DNA of 64,000 nt from positions 6,097-70,096 of the forward strand of contig JAHFVG010000019.1 in NCBI GenBank assembly GCA_023264675.1, written 5' to 3'. Below the pieces are notes generated by a model. That model was not told the origin of the DNA, ran no database searches, and saw nothing but the letters and a program-made list of their open reading frames with translations. Positions 16,808 to 26,655 of the stretch are shown here, piece by piece. Made by a program: the position numbers and the translations under genes. Within the stretch, counting starts at the first letter, position 1. The number at the start of each line of letters is the position of its first letter. This DNA comes from Rhodococcus sp. (in: high G+C Gram-positive bacteria). GTDB taxonomy: Bacteria; Actinomycetota; Actinomycetes; Mycobacteriales; Mycobacteriaceae.

Positions 16808-18343
16808 ATGAGACTCACTTGCGCACTCTTCGTCCTCACCGGCGCCTTGCTTCTGTCTGCCACACCTGCCTCGGCGGTCCCCGGTGAAGCCGACTTCTAC
16901 GATGCCGCCGTCGTAGAGCTCGAGACCTACGCGCCCGGGTCCATCATGCGCCGGGAACCTGTGCCGCAGCTCGACGTTCTGGGATCGCACACCGAGCGAA
17001 TTCTGTACCGATCGGCGGATCCCCGTGATCGCGCGGTGGCGGTGTCCGGGCTTCTGATCACGCCGACCAGTGGGTGGAATGGTCCCGGACCCCGGCCCGT
17101 GATCGCTTACGCGCCAGGTAGTTACGGGATCGCCGACCGCTGCTCGGGCTCGTCCGACCTGGGACTGGCAACGACGATCCCCGCCCTGTTGCCTCTCCTG
17201 GCTGCGGGGTACCAAGTCGTCACGACGGACTATCAGGGATTGGGAACGCCCGGCGAGTACGAGTTCCTCGGGCGAGTCGCAAGCGCACGCGCTCTAGTGG
17301 ACTCGGCTCGCGCTGCGGCACGCGAGACCGACGCGCCCGTCGTGTTCTACGGGTACTCGGCGGGCGGTGTGGCGTCCGCCGCCGCGGTCGAAGTCGCCCC
17401 CACGTACGCACCCGAGGTGTCGGTGGTCGGCGCCTTCGTCGGCGCCGCACCGACCGATCCCGTGCTGCGGGTCGAGTCTCTGGACGGCACCGGGTCAGCG
17501 GCAACGATGCTGTACACGATCGTCGGGCTGATCGGCGCGCATCCTGATCGAGCGGGTGAGATCCGTGCCCTCTTCAACGACCGTGGGCGCGCCGCTCTTC
17601 ATGCGGCGCAGGACTTCTGCACTATCGACGCGCTGACTTATGGAACACTGCGGTCCGAGGACTTGACTGCTGACGGCACGTCCCTGACCGTGCTCATGAC
17701 GGGGCCTGTTCTGGGTCCGCTGACGGCGGAGAACACCGTTGGGTTCACCGCGCCCATCGCACCCGTGATGATCGCGCACGGCATCCACGATCGTTCGGTC
17801 GGTATCGAGCACAGCCGTCGTCTGGCCGACCGCTGGCGCGCCCGTGGCTCGACCGACCTCACCGTCCGCGAGTTGGACTTCTGCACCGATCGCTTTCCCG
17901 CATTCGACCATCCGGGAGCGAACGCTGTCGTCTATCCCGAGGTGATCGGATGGATCGACCAGCTTGTCGGGCGGTCTTGGAGACCGCGACCGGAGCCGTA
18001 CCCGACGAGACGCCGTCGATGGATCACGGCAACGAAAGCGAGGAAAGCGATCGGATCAGCTCGTGTTCGTCGACGCGGGTGCTCCGACCATCGCGGATCA
18101 CGGCTTCACCGTCCACCCAGACCGTGTCCACAACCTGTCGCGTTCCGGTGGTCAACAACGACGCACCCGGGTCGCGCACCGGTAGGCAGGCGAAGTCCCG
18201 CTCGAACCGGACCATCGTCAGATCGGCGACGTCGCCGACCGAAACTCCACCCGCACAGGGCGCAAGCCCCAAGGCCGCATTCGCGCCGCCCGAGGCGATA
18301 TCCAGCATCGCGTCGAAACCGAACAGGTCGGCCTTCTTGTTGA
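16808..18343 (+). CDS. Secreted lipase (LIP family); the catalytic core ends near 17965 and the frame runs on into the convergent gene
   Basis: Signal peptide, TDYQGLGTPG, GYSAGG nucleophile, HGIHD, DHPG. The last ~125 codons look non-homologous, and about 107 of them overlap the amidohydrolase antisense. Confidence 0.78.
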   Translation: MRLTCALFVLTGALLLSATPASAVPGEADFYDAAVVELETYAPGSIMRREPVPQLDVLGSHTERILYRSADPRDRAVAVSGLLITPTSGWNGPGPRPVIAYAPGSYGIADRCSGSSDLGLATTIPALLPLLAAGYQVVTTDYQGLGTPGEYEFLGRVASARALVDSARAAARETDAPVVFYGYSAGGVASAAAVEVAPTYAPEVSVVGAFVGAAPTDPVLRVESLDGTGSAATMLYTIVGLIGAHPDRAGEIRALFNDRGRAALHAAQDFCTIDALTYGTLRSEDLTADGTSLTVLMTGPVLGPLTAENTVGFTAPIAPVMIAHGIHDRSVGIEHSRRLADRWRARGSTDLTVRELDFCTDRFPAFDHPGANAVVYPEVIGWIDQLVGRSWRPRPEPYPTRRRRWITATKARKAIGSARVRRRGCSDHRGSRLHRPPRPCPQPVAFRWSTTTHPGRAPVGRRSPARTGPSSDRRRRRPKLHPHRAQAPRPHSRRPRRYPASRRNRTGRPSC

Positions 18344-19337
18344 CCGCGCGCTGGACATAGGCGCCGATACGCAGAGTTTCCAACATGTCCTGGGTGTCGT
18401 TGCTGGCAGCGCCGTCCACCCCCAACCCGACGCGCAGTCCGGCGGCGAGCATGTCCGGGACCGCGGCAACACCCGATCCCAGACGCATGTTGCTCAGGGG
18501 GTTGTACGAGATTCCGACTCCGCGTTCTGCCAGGACCGAGCGCCCGTGTGCGTCCAACTCGACACAGTGGACAGCCAGCACTCGGTCCCAGAGGAACCCG
18601 TGCCGATCGAGGTAGTCGACGGCCCCGAGACCGACGTGTTCGCGGCACATCACGTCGTCCGTCGGGGTCTCGAGCAGATGGATCATGACGGTCATGTCCC
18701 GCGAGCGGGTGAACTCTCGGACCGCCGCCATGCCGTCGGAAGTCAGGGAACGAGGGTTGGGGACCGCCACTGCAATCGAGATCCGTGTCCCGGCAACGTT
18801 GTCGGCGAGGTGCTCGACGTGATCGAGGACCTCGTGCAGTGGTTGCATCAACCGCGGGTCGAATCCCCACCGCCGGCTCGAGTCGGCCCGGTCGGCGGTA
18901 CCGCGTCCGAGCACGGCACGAATTCCGGTGTCGTTCAGCCCCTTGACAACAGCCTCGTGCACATCGGTGGACGGATGCGGCCACATGTGCTCGACGAGTG
19001 TGGTCGTACCACTACGAAGCGCCTCCAGCGATGCGGCGACGGTCGCGGTGTAGGCGCGCTCGGGTGTGATCGCCACTGAATCCTCCGCGACCGCCAACAG
19101 CCACTCGAGCAGCGGAATGCCCTCTGCGATACCGCGCATCAGCGACTGCTGCATATGCGTGTGCGTGTTGACGAAACCCGGAATCAGATACGCGCCAGTA
19201 CCGTCGACACCGGTGGATCCCGATGATCCCGCGTGGAGGATGTCGGTTACCACGCCGGCACCGACCACGACGTCGCGATGAGGCAACCACTGCCCGCCCG
19301 AGTAAACCGTGACGTCGTGAATCAGAGTGTTGTGCAT
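18024..19337 (-). CDS. Metal-dependent amidohydrolase/deaminase (TRZ/ATZ, MtaD/8-oxoguanine deaminase-like)
   Basis: NTHTH, IHLLET, VHCV, DGAASND. Start moved to ATG 19337. Confidence 0.87.
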   Translation of the reverse strand: MHNTLIHDVTVYSGGQWLPHRDVVVGAGVVTDILHAGSSGSTGVDGTGAYLIPGFVNTHTHMQQSLMRGIAEGIPLLEWLLAVAEDSVAITPERAYTATVAASLEALRSGTTTLVEHMWPHPSTDVHEAVVKGLNDTGIRAVLGRGTADRADSSRRWGFDPRLMQPLHEVLDHVEHLADNVAGTRISIAVAVPNPRSLTSDGMAAVREFTRSRDMTVMIHLLETPTDDVMCREHVGLGAVDYLDRHGFLWDRVLAVHCVELDAHGRSVLAERGVGISYNPLSNMRLGSGVAAVPDMLAAGLRVGLGVDGAASNDTQDMLETLRIGAYVQRAVNKKADLFGFDAMLDIASGGANAALGLAPCAGGVSVGDVADLTMVRFERDFACLPVRDPGASLLTTGTRQVVDTVWVDGEAVIRDGRSTRVDEHELIRSLSSLSLP

Positions 19338-19371
19338 GGGCGTTGTCCCTTCGTGTCCGCTTCGGCGGAAG

Positions 19372-20340
19372 TCAGCGAGCGAAGTTGGCGTTGATCCGCT
19401 GGTACAGATAATCCTCGGCGGTGATGGAGGGGTACTTGCCTGTCGGACCTTCGATGACGGCATCACGGTTGGCCTGCGCGAAGAATGCAAGGCTGTAGCG
19501 AGCACCCTGATACTCGTCCGCAGCGGGGTTCTTCACACGGTGAAAGTTGGACGGTAGGACGTCATCGCTCCACCGCATCAGCATGTCGCCGATGTTGCAG
19601 GTGATGGCGTCGTCCGACGGTTCGATCGGCGTCCACTCCTGGGCGTCCATCTCCCGTCCCGGGCACACCTGTAGCCCACCCTGACCGCTTCGCTGAAAGA
19701 GCAAAGTGAGGCAATCGAAGTCGGTATGTGCTCCGGCGCGCCACGTGTCGGCTTCATCTCCCATCGCGAAGTAATGCAACATCCGGAGTGTGCTCTGGTA
19801 GCTCCGCGACGACGGGTCATGAGCCCGGGTGAAGAACTCCTGATCGAATCCGAGTTTGACGGCAAAGCACGACAGCAACGTCATCGCGAGTTCCCAGCAC
19901 TTCGTCTCGAAGGAAAGTATGGTCTCGCTGAAACCGGCGAGTTCGGACTCCGACGGCCACAGCGTGTCCATATGTGGGCGCGTGACCTGGTACGACTCCT
20001 TCTGATCGGGTGTCCCGATCGATGGCCGCACCTGAGATTTGTACTCCCAACCAGAGTTCAGACCCTTCTTCAGGGGGTACTGGGACTTGACGGTCTCCGG
20101 CAATGCGAAGAACGCCTCTGCCGCAGCGAAGGCGCGGCGCACCTCGTTCAGATCGATTCCATGCTCGACCACCTGGAAGAAGCCGATGTCCGTTGCCGCG
20201 GACCACAGTGCCTCGGTGATCTCATCTCGGCGGGTGTCGAAGTCGGAGAGGTCGATTCGTCTGATCTCGCGGGCGGTCGTCTCGGTTCCGAGTCCACCCA
20301 TACGGCTTTCACGGTTCAGTTCGGTCAGGTCGTAGTTCAT
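19372..20340 (-). CDS. 2-oxoglutarate/Fe(II) oxygenase, IPNS/DIOX family
   Basis: GFFQVVEHGI, HTDFD, HRV, RYS. Start at ATG 20340 after AGGAG. Confidence 0.9.
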   Translation of the reverse strand: MNYDLTELNRESRMGGLGTETTAREIRRIDLSDFDTRRDEITEALWSAATDIGFFQVVEHGIDLNEVRRAFAAAEAFFALPETVKSQYPLKKGLNSGWEYKSQVRPSIGTPDQKESYQVTRPHMDTLWPSESELAGFSETILSFETKCWELAMTLLSCFAVKLGFDQEFFTRAHDPSSRSYQSTLRMLHYFAMGDEADTWRAGAHTDFDCLTLLFQRSGQGGLQVCPGREMDAQEWTPIEPSDDAITCNIGDMLMRWSDDVLPSNFHRVKNPAADEYQGARYSLAFFAQANRDAVIEGPTGKYPSITAEDYLYQRINANFAR

Positions 20341-20384
20341 TACTGTCCATTCTCCTACGAGTCGGGGGTTTCTTCTCTGGTGGT

Positions 20385-21551
20385 TCAACCGATCCCGATG
20401 GACGGGTCGGTGAAGCGGTTGGTGAACAGTTGGTCTGCGGTCACGTCCGCCGGTAGGCGTGCGCCGTCGGCGGCAAGGACCGGCCCGAGTTCTTCGAGGT
20501 TTCGCTGTGTGCGCGAGGGGTCGTACGTCCCGACCGAACCATCGGCTTCGTCCGCGATCAGTCCCTCGTCTCTCAGCAGCGTCGAGCTGAACGCGGCCTC
20601 ACCCTCGGTGTACGGAGTGAACGAGGTGTCCTGCGACACGATGTCGACGATGGTGGAATCGGTGTCTTCCGGCGAGGAGATGTAGTCGGCGGTGGCCTGT
20701 TGAACGATCGGAACCAATTTCTCCAAGCACGGTGAGAGGGACTCCAGCCTGTCCGCTCGTACGGAAACGTTGGACGCGTAGATGTCGAAGCCGGTGTCCT
20801 TGACCAACTGGTACGAGACGGGCTTGGACCATGCAGGCGTGTCCGACTCGTAGGTGTACGGCTCTGAATTGGCGAATCCTTGCTGGGCAATCTCCGGATC
20901 GCCGACGAAACGGGCGGGAGCACCGTCGTACCCGGTATCGAGTTGCGAGGCTTTCAGCAGTCCGTTCTCCACCAGCCACTGCGGAAAGATCTGCTCCTTG
21001 GAGACGACGACGGTGGCGTCGGATGCACCGATGTCGGCGATCGAGGTCCAGTCCGGGTGGCTCTCCGGATCCCACATCAGGATTGCGGGGCTGTATTTGA
21101 GCAGGGGAGTCACGCCGACGACAGGTTGATCCGCGGCAGCGGCGATGACCTGGTCACCGTGCACGATGCCGAGATCGATCGAGTCGTCCACATACATCTG
21201 TGACGTCACCGACTGGAAACCGATCGCAGGACCACCCGCACGCAGAGCGATATCCACCCCGGTATCTTTGCCTTGCGCAACGAGCGGGCCGGTGACCGAC
21301 TTTTCGTCGGCGTCGACGGTGTATCCGGGACCGAGCATCCGAAACAGTGCGCCCATGTCGGATTGGGGTTGCCACTGAAGCTGAATCGTCACTGTCGACG
21401 GGCACACACCGGCCAAGCTGTCCTCGGCAGCGACGGGGTCCAGCGACGCCTCGGTTGCGGGGTCGGCGCTGTCCGAGCTGCAGGCACTCGCGCTCAGAGC
21501 GATGGCCAGCATGACCGCTGCGCCGGCGGTTCGAGTTCTCTTCGTGACCAT
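20385..21551 (-). CDS. ABC transporter substrate-binding lipoprotein (NMT1/THI5-like, SsuA/TauA class)
   Basis: Lipobox ASAC, IQLQWQPQSD, GGP; divergent from the NitT/TauT ATPase and permease. Start at ATG 21551. Confidence 0.8.
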   Translation of the reverse strand: MVTKRTRTAGAAVMLAIALSASACSSDSADPATEASLDPVAAEDSLAGVCPSTVTIQLQWQPQSDMGALFRMLGPGYTVDADEKSVTGPLVAQGKDTGVDIALRAGGPAIGFQSVTSQMYVDDSIDLGIVHGDQVIAAAADQPVVGVTPLLKYSPAILMWDPESHPDWTSIADIGASDATVVVSKEQIFPQWLVENGLLKASQLDTGYDGAPARFVGDPEIAQQGFANSEPYTYESDTPAWSKPVSYQLVKDTGFDIYASNVSVRADRLESLSPCLEKLVPIVQQATADYISSPEDTDSTIVDIVSQDTSFTPYTEGEAAFSSTLLRDEGLIADEADGSVGTYDPSRTQRNLEELGPVLAADGARLPADVTADQLFTNRFTDPSIGIG

Positions 21552-21655
21552 GGCGGGCAACTCTCTGATAGTTGGATTCTGGGAGATGTTGTGCGAAGCC
21601 GATATTCGACGACGGATGCGGCGAGCGGCTGACAACAGTGTGCACGTGGCGTGAT

Positions 21656-21820
21656 TGCATGTAAACCCGGAAATCGACTCGGTGTGTGCGGGCAGCGGAT
21701 TCTTCGCAACAAAGCCCAGCTCGTCGTGCATTCACGTGGTGATCTGTCACGTGAAGTTAACGAGGCGCAACTTGTGTGAAATGCATGTAATGCAGTCTTG
21801 CTACATACAAATTACATGCA
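21656..21820. promoter_or_regulatory. Repeated TGCATGTAA motif, candidate GntR(FCD) operators
   Basis: TGCATGTAA at 21656-21664 and 21782-21790; inverted copy TTACATGCA at 21812-21820. Confidence 0.6.
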
Positions 21821-21840
21821 CTTGAACCTTGGAGGCTGCG

Positions 21841-22620
21841 GTGGACCTGATCGATACCATGCAGGATGCCGACGCAACACTGCTGACGAAGAACACTCGG
21901 ATCGTTTTCGACTCGGTGGTGAAACGCTTTCCCACCGGAACGACGGCGCTCGACGGGATCGACCTTGCTATCCGTGACGGCGAGTTCGTTGCGGTGGTGG
22001 GCCCGTCCGGTTGCGGGAAGTCGACACTACTGCGAATGGCGGCGGGCCTGGAGAGTTGCACCGACGGAAATGTCGCTCTCGGAACCGAATCCGTCGGTTT
22101 CATCTTTCAGGAGCCGACCCTCCTGCCGTGGCGGGACGTACGGGGAAACGTGGAATTGTCCGCCGAGCTGGGAAGCGTCGAGAAGCTGACTCGTCGTCGA
22201 CGAGCGGTGGAGGCGATCGAGGCGGTCGGGCTCGACGGATTCGGCGACCAGCTTCCGAGTGCGTTGTCCGGCGGCATGAAGATGAGGGTGTCGCTCGCCC
22301 GCGCGCTCACCTTGTTGCCGGATGTCTTGCTGCTGGACGAGCCGTTCGGCGCGCTCGACGAGATGACCAGATTCGACATGCAGTCGCTCCTTCAGAAGCT
22401 CTGCAACGAAAGGAAATTCACGGCAATGTTCGTCACTCATTCGGTCTCCGAAGCAGTATTCCTTGCCGATCGGGTAGTGGTGATGACGGCGCGGCCAGGC
22501 CGAGTTCACTCGGTCGTCGACATCGAGTTCGACGGGCCTCGCACGGAGAGCCTTCGTTTCGACCGCAGGTTCACCGACTATGTTGCGCGCATCTCGTCCG
22601 GTCTGCGAGGAATCGCCTGA
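21841..22620 (+). CDS. ABC transporter ATP-binding protein (NitT/TauT family)
   Basis: GPSGCGKS, FQEPTLLPW, LSGGMKMR, LLDEPFGALD. GTG 21841 follows GGAGG. Confidence 0.92.
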   Translation: MDLIDTMQDADATLLTKNTRIVFDSVVKRFPTGTTALDGIDLAIRDGEFVAVVGPSGCGKSTLLRMAAGLESCTDGNVALGTESVGFIFQEPTLLPWRDVRGNVELSAELGSVEKLTRRRRAVEAIEAVGLDGFGDQLPSALSGGMKMRVSLARALTLLPDVLLLDEPFGALDEMTRFDMQSLLQKLCNERKFTAMFVTHSVSEAVFLADRVVVMTARPGRVHSVVDIEFDGPRTESLRFDRRFTDYVARISSGLRGIA

Positions 22621-23489
22621 TGACGCAGTCTCTCACCGTCCGAATGCCCCGCGTTCGTATTGCCCGCGAGAACGTGAGAAGTTCGGCGCCTGCCAAGAAA
22701 TCCGCACGCGCTGCGGTGTCGATCGGTGTCCCCGTGGCGTCGTTCGTCGTTGCGATCCTGGCGTGGTACGCGGTCACCTACTTGATTCTCGCGCCGGAGC
22801 GGCGCTTTCTGCTGCCGGCGCCACACCGTGTGCTGACGCAGTCCCTTGCCGATTGGTCCCATCTTGGGCCCATGCTGGAGGCCCTCGCTGTCACGGCGCG
22901 GGTGACTGCCTTCGGATTCGTGATCGCGGTGCTGTTCGGTCTCGCCGTAGGGATCCTGATGAATCAAGCTCGATGGATCGAGCGAGCAGTATATCCGTAC
23001 GCTGTTGTGCTGCAGGTTATTCCGATTCTCGCGATCGTTCCGTTGATCGGTCTGTGGTTCGGCTACGGGATGGTCGCCCGTATTATCGTCTGCGTGATGA
23101 TCGCGGCGTTCCCGATCATCACCAACACTCACTTCGGACTCCAATCCGTCGATCGTGGGTTACACGAACTGTTCACGCTCGGACGCGCGTCGAAGGTGCA
23201 GCGCCTCGTCAAACTCGAAATGCGCGCGGCACTCCCGGCGATCATGGCCGGAATCCGCACCGCGGCAGGGCTGGTGGTCGTAGGCGCGATCATCGGCGAC
23301 ATGTTCTTCGCCAAGGGGCAGCCGGGTATCGGGACACTGCTCGATGTCTATCGGAGCCGTCTGCAATCCGAGGACCTCATCGCAGCGATCGCAATCGCCT
23401 CGGCGTTCGGCATCGCGGTCTTCTCGCTCTTCGGCATCCTCTCGCGGGCCCTGGTCGGTAACTGGCACGCATCGGGGGCCCGATCATGA
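22620..23489 (+). CDS. ABC transporter permease (NitT/TauT family)
   Basis: TM helices and EAA-like loop (GRASKVQRLVKLEMRAALP). Start at ATG 22620 overlaps the ATPase stop. Confidence 0.9.
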   Translation: MTQSLTVRMPRVRIARENVRSSAPAKKSARAAVSIGVPVASFVVAILAWYAVTYLILAPERRFLLPAPHRVLTQSLADWSHLGPMLEALAVTARVTAFGFVIAVLFGLAVGILMNQARWIERAVYPYAVVLQVIPILAIVPLIGLWFGYGMVARIIVCVMIAAFPIITNTHFGLQSVDRGLHELFTLGRASKVQRLVKLEMRAALPAIMAGIRTAAGLVVVGAIIGDMFFAKGQPGIGTLLDVYRSRLQSEDLIAAIAIASAFGIAVFSLFGILSRALVGNWHASGARS

Positions 23490-24556
23490 CACTTCGTACA
23501 GACCGGAAAGGCTCAGCCACCGTGGTATTCGACATTCCCACCATCGATATCGGCCCATTCGTCGACGACGCGCGAATCAGCGAACGCGACACCGTTGCAC
23601 GTGAGCTGGATCGCGCATGCACCGAGGTCGGATTCGTGCAGATCGTCGGCCACGGCATAGCCGACGAGGTCATCGACGGCCTCGCCCGTGGCCTCGACCA
23701 GTTCTTCGCGCTACCGCTGAGCATCAAGAAGCAGTACCGCCGGCCGCCCGAGCAGAATCGAGGTTACTCGCCGCCGAAATCCGAATCGCTGAGCATGAGC
23801 CTCGGCGTCCCGTCGGCGAACAACATGAACGACTTCTACGAGTCGATCGTGGTGGGCACCGAGGTATCGGACTACCCCGAACTCGATCTACCCGAGTCCA
23901 GCTACGCAAGCAATGCGTGGCCGAAGGAGTCGGCCGAGTTCATGCCCGCGGTTCAGAACTACTTCCGACACGCGCAATCGCTGTCGCGAGTACTGCTGCG
24001 CGCGTTCACCGCCGCGCTGCGCTTGAACGACGGTTACTTCGACCGGATGGTGGACCATTCGATCGACGCGTTCAAGATGAACAACTATGCGCTGCCCGAG
24101 GGGGAAACGAGCTTCGATGTAGGTGCGACAGGCATGGGTGCTCACACCGACTTCGGGATCCTGACGATCCTGTGGGCCGACCAGGTTCCCGGCTTACAGG
24201 TGTTGGGGTCGGACGGCCTGTGGCACGACGTCCAACCGGCCGACGGAGCCCTGCTCGTCAACCTCGGTGATGCGATGGCGCGATGGACGAACGATCGGTG
24301 GATGTCCACGGTTCACCGAGTCGACCCACCGATCGTCGACGGTCAGATCATCCGTCGTCGCTCGGCGGCCTTCTTCTTCGACGGAAACCACGATGCGGTC
24401 ATCGAGACGCTTCCCGGGTGTGAAAGCAATGGTGAGGCCACGTATTCACCGATCACTGTCGCCGAGAACATTGCTGCAAAAGTCGCGGGACTGCGCACCG
24501 GTATCGCACCGAACGGTGAGTTGCGCGAAGCTGCACGGGTGATGGCGGCGAAGTAG
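23486..24556 (+). CDS. 2-oxoglutarate/Fe(II) oxygenase, IPNS/DIOX family
   Basis: IPTIDI, GFVQIVGHGI, HTDFG, HRV, RRS. ATGA overlap with the permease. Confidence 0.9.
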   Translation: MTLRTDRKGSATVVFDIPTIDIGPFVDDARISERDTVARELDRACTEVGFVQIVGHGIADEVIDGLARGLDQFFALPLSIKKQYRRPPEQNRGYSPPKSESLSMSLGVPSANNMNDFYESIVVGTEVSDYPELDLPESSYASNAWPKESAEFMPAVQNYFRHAQSLSRVLLRAFTAALRLNDGYFDRMVDHSIDAFKMNNYALPEGETSFDVGATGMGAHTDFGILTILWADQVPGLQVLGSDGLWHDVQPADGALLVNLGDAMARWTNDRWMSTVHRVDPPIVDGQIIRRRSAAFFFDGNHDAVIETLPGCESNGEATYSPITVAENIAAKVAGLRTGIAPNGELREAARVMAAK

Positions 24557-24603
24557 GCGAGAATGATGGTCGGCACGGTAACTGACATGCATGGACGGGA
24601 CAC

Positions 24604-25248
24604 ATGACCACAACGGATCGGGAACTACTCACGGAGTCGGTACACGCGATACTGCGTGAGCAGATCTTCTCCGGCGAGCTGCCTCCCGGCACGGCATTGA
24701 GCGTTCCAGCGTTGGCCGCCAAGCTCGAGGTCAGCCGAACGCCGGTGCGTGAGGCAGTGCAACAGTTGATCTACGAGGGAATCGCTGTCCACACCCGCAA
24801 TGCGGGGGCCAAGGTCGATTCGCTCGACGCGAACACCATTCGCTCGGTATTCGAAGTCCGGGAACTACTCGACGGTTTGGCGGCCCATCGAGCGACACTC
24901 AATGCCACGCACGACGTCATTGCGGAACTCCGGCTCATGGTCAGCGAGCAGCGGGACTTGCTCGGTGGCCATGCCGATGCCAAACGCGATGCGTTGTTGG
25001 ATCTTCGCTTTCACACGCGTATCCGTGACGTGGCGCAGAATCGGCCCTTGAGCGATGCACTGCTGCGGCTCGACAGCCAGGCTCATCTCTATCGGTCCGA
25101 CATGTGGTCGAGCGACACCGGGCGTCGACTGGCAGTCCAGGAGCACGAACGAATCGTCGACGCCATCGAGACCGGCGATGCCGAGGCCGCCAGAACGGCC
25201 GCGTCCGCGCACGTGGCGGGATTGCTGGTGCGGATCACGCGAAAGTAG
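24604..25248 (+). CDS. GntR-family regulator, FCD domain
   Basis: LAAKLEVSRTPVREA HTH, FH, EHERI. Confidence 0.92.
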   Translation: MTTTDRELLTESVHAILREQIFSGELPPGTALSVPALAAKLEVSRTPVREAVQQLIYEGIAVHTRNAGAKVDSLDANTIRSVFEVRELLDGLAAHRATLNATHDVIAELRLMVSEQRDLLGGHADAKRDALLDLRFHTRIRDVAQNRPLSDALLRLDSQAHLYRSDMWSSDTGRRLAVQEHERIVDAIETGDAEAARTAASAHVAGLLVRITRK

Positions 25249-25466
25249 TCCACGGCCGTACTCCTTTCATCGTGCGTAGATCGATCGAGGGGGTACCGCT
25301 GGTACCCGGATGAACAGACACTCCCCAGAGCGACTCGGTCTGCCTAGATTGGATGTCATGGATGTTCATGCTGTGACTTCGTACACCGGCGTCGACATCC
25401 CGGCGCTCGAGTACGACGTATTCGGCCGCGACATCCCGGAAGCCTGACCAGAAAGAGTCCTCGACC

Positions 25467-25877
25467 ATGAATATCGAACCTGTTGTTGCGACATCGAAGA
25501 ACCCGCCGGAGCAGTTCGCCGGCGACGTCTGGCTCGATCCGATCGCAGTGCCTCACGAACCCGATCAGCACATGGTGGTTGCAACAGTGCGGTTTGCGCC
25601 GGGTGCGCGTACAGCCTGGCACTCGCACGTGCACGGGCAGTATCTGCGCGTGACGCACGGCGTCGCACGGTTCGGGGGGCGTGACGGAACGATCATCGAA
25701 GTGCGTGCCGGTCAGACCCTGTACACGCCTCCCGGCGAGGAGCATTGGCACGCGGCCACCGAGGACACCTTCATGGAACACATCGCGATGCTCGAGAACG
25801 GCGAGGACCCGGCAACTACCACCACCTGGCTCGAACACATCACGGACGACGAATATGCGGGCCGTCGTATTCTCTGA
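25467..25877 (+). CDS. Cupin-domain protein (QdoI/mandelonitrile lyase-like)
   Basis: FAPGARTAWHSH..GQ and EEHWHAA motifs. Confidence 0.87.
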   Translation: MNIEPVVATSKNPPEQFAGDVWLDPIAVPHEPDQHMVVATVRFAPGARTAWHSHVHGQYLRVTHGVARFGGRDGTIIEVRAGQTLYTPPGEEHWHAATEDTFMEHIAMLENGEDPATTTTWLEHITDDEYAGRRIL

Positions 25878-25905
25878 AAACCTCTGTGTGGCTGCGGGTT
25901 CGGTG

Positions 25906-26655
25906 TCAGTAGTTGTTGCCGAGCATGGCGTACTGCGCCCAGAGCGGCCGGGTGAGCAACGCGGCCCGATCGATGAATGTTGTTGTCGCCCAGATGTCGG
26001 CCCAGACCAGTTCGGGTCCCACTACCGTCGTCGAACCGATGCGCTGCACCGCTGATCCGGTCCGCGGATCGATGATGTGTGCACCGCGTGCCGAGGTACC
26101 CGACGTGGCTACGGCGCCGTCGGTGATCGCGACGACGTGGGTGATGGTGGATGGGCATTGCGGGTCCTCGACGCCGACGCGCCACGGCCGCGCGAGTTCC
26201 GGCGAGTCGACGCCGAGGCCGCAGACGATGTCGCCTCCCGCGTTGATCGAGAACGCGACGTGGTGTGTGTCGCGCAGGTGCTGGGCGGCGTCGCCGACTG
26301 CCCAGCCTTTGACGAGTCCAGTGGGGTCCCATCCTCGGGAGCCGTCCGGTCCGATGAGGTCGGTGGTGAACAGCCCGCCGGTTTCGGCAGCGGCCCGCTC
26401 GCACAGTTGCTGTACCTCCCTGATCCAAGGGTGCGCGTCGTCGATGGTGAGTTCTCCTCGGCGCAGGCGCATCACGTCGCTGTCGGGCCGCCACGTGCTG
26501 AACACGTCGTCGACGAGGCGTAGATGGGCGAAGGCCCGGTCGACGGCGTCGCCGACGTCGGGGCGGTTCCGCTCGGCGGCGCGTACGTGTATCGAGATCG
26601 GCATTCCCATGATCTGCTCGACCCAGGCTCGGGTGGACACGTTTTCGGGACTCAT
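25906..26655 (-). CDS. apbE: FAD:protein FMN transferase (ApbE family)
   Basis: MGMPISI, DPTGLVKGWA, INAGGD, VATSG, HIIDPRTG, ADIWAT. ATG 26655 overlaps the stop of the FMN-binding gene. Confidence 0.87.
   Translation of the reverse strand: MSPENVSTRAWVEQIMGMPISIHVRAAERNRPDVGDAVDRAFAHLRLVDDVFSTWRPDSDVMRLRRGELTIDDAHPWIREVQQLCERAAAETGGLFTTDLIGPDGSRGWDPTGLVKGWAVGDAAQHLRDTHHVAFSINAGGDIVCGLGVDSPELARPWRVGVEDPQCPSTITHVVAITDGAVATSGTSARGAHIIDPRTGSAVQRIGSTTVVGPELVWADIWATTTFIDRAALLTRPLWAQYAMLGNNY

Noticed and set aside
25310-25447. 45-codon ORF (MNRHSPERLG...DVFGRDIPEA) just upstream of the cupin
   Set aside because: Poor RBS spacing and no recognisable family; possibly a gene remnant.
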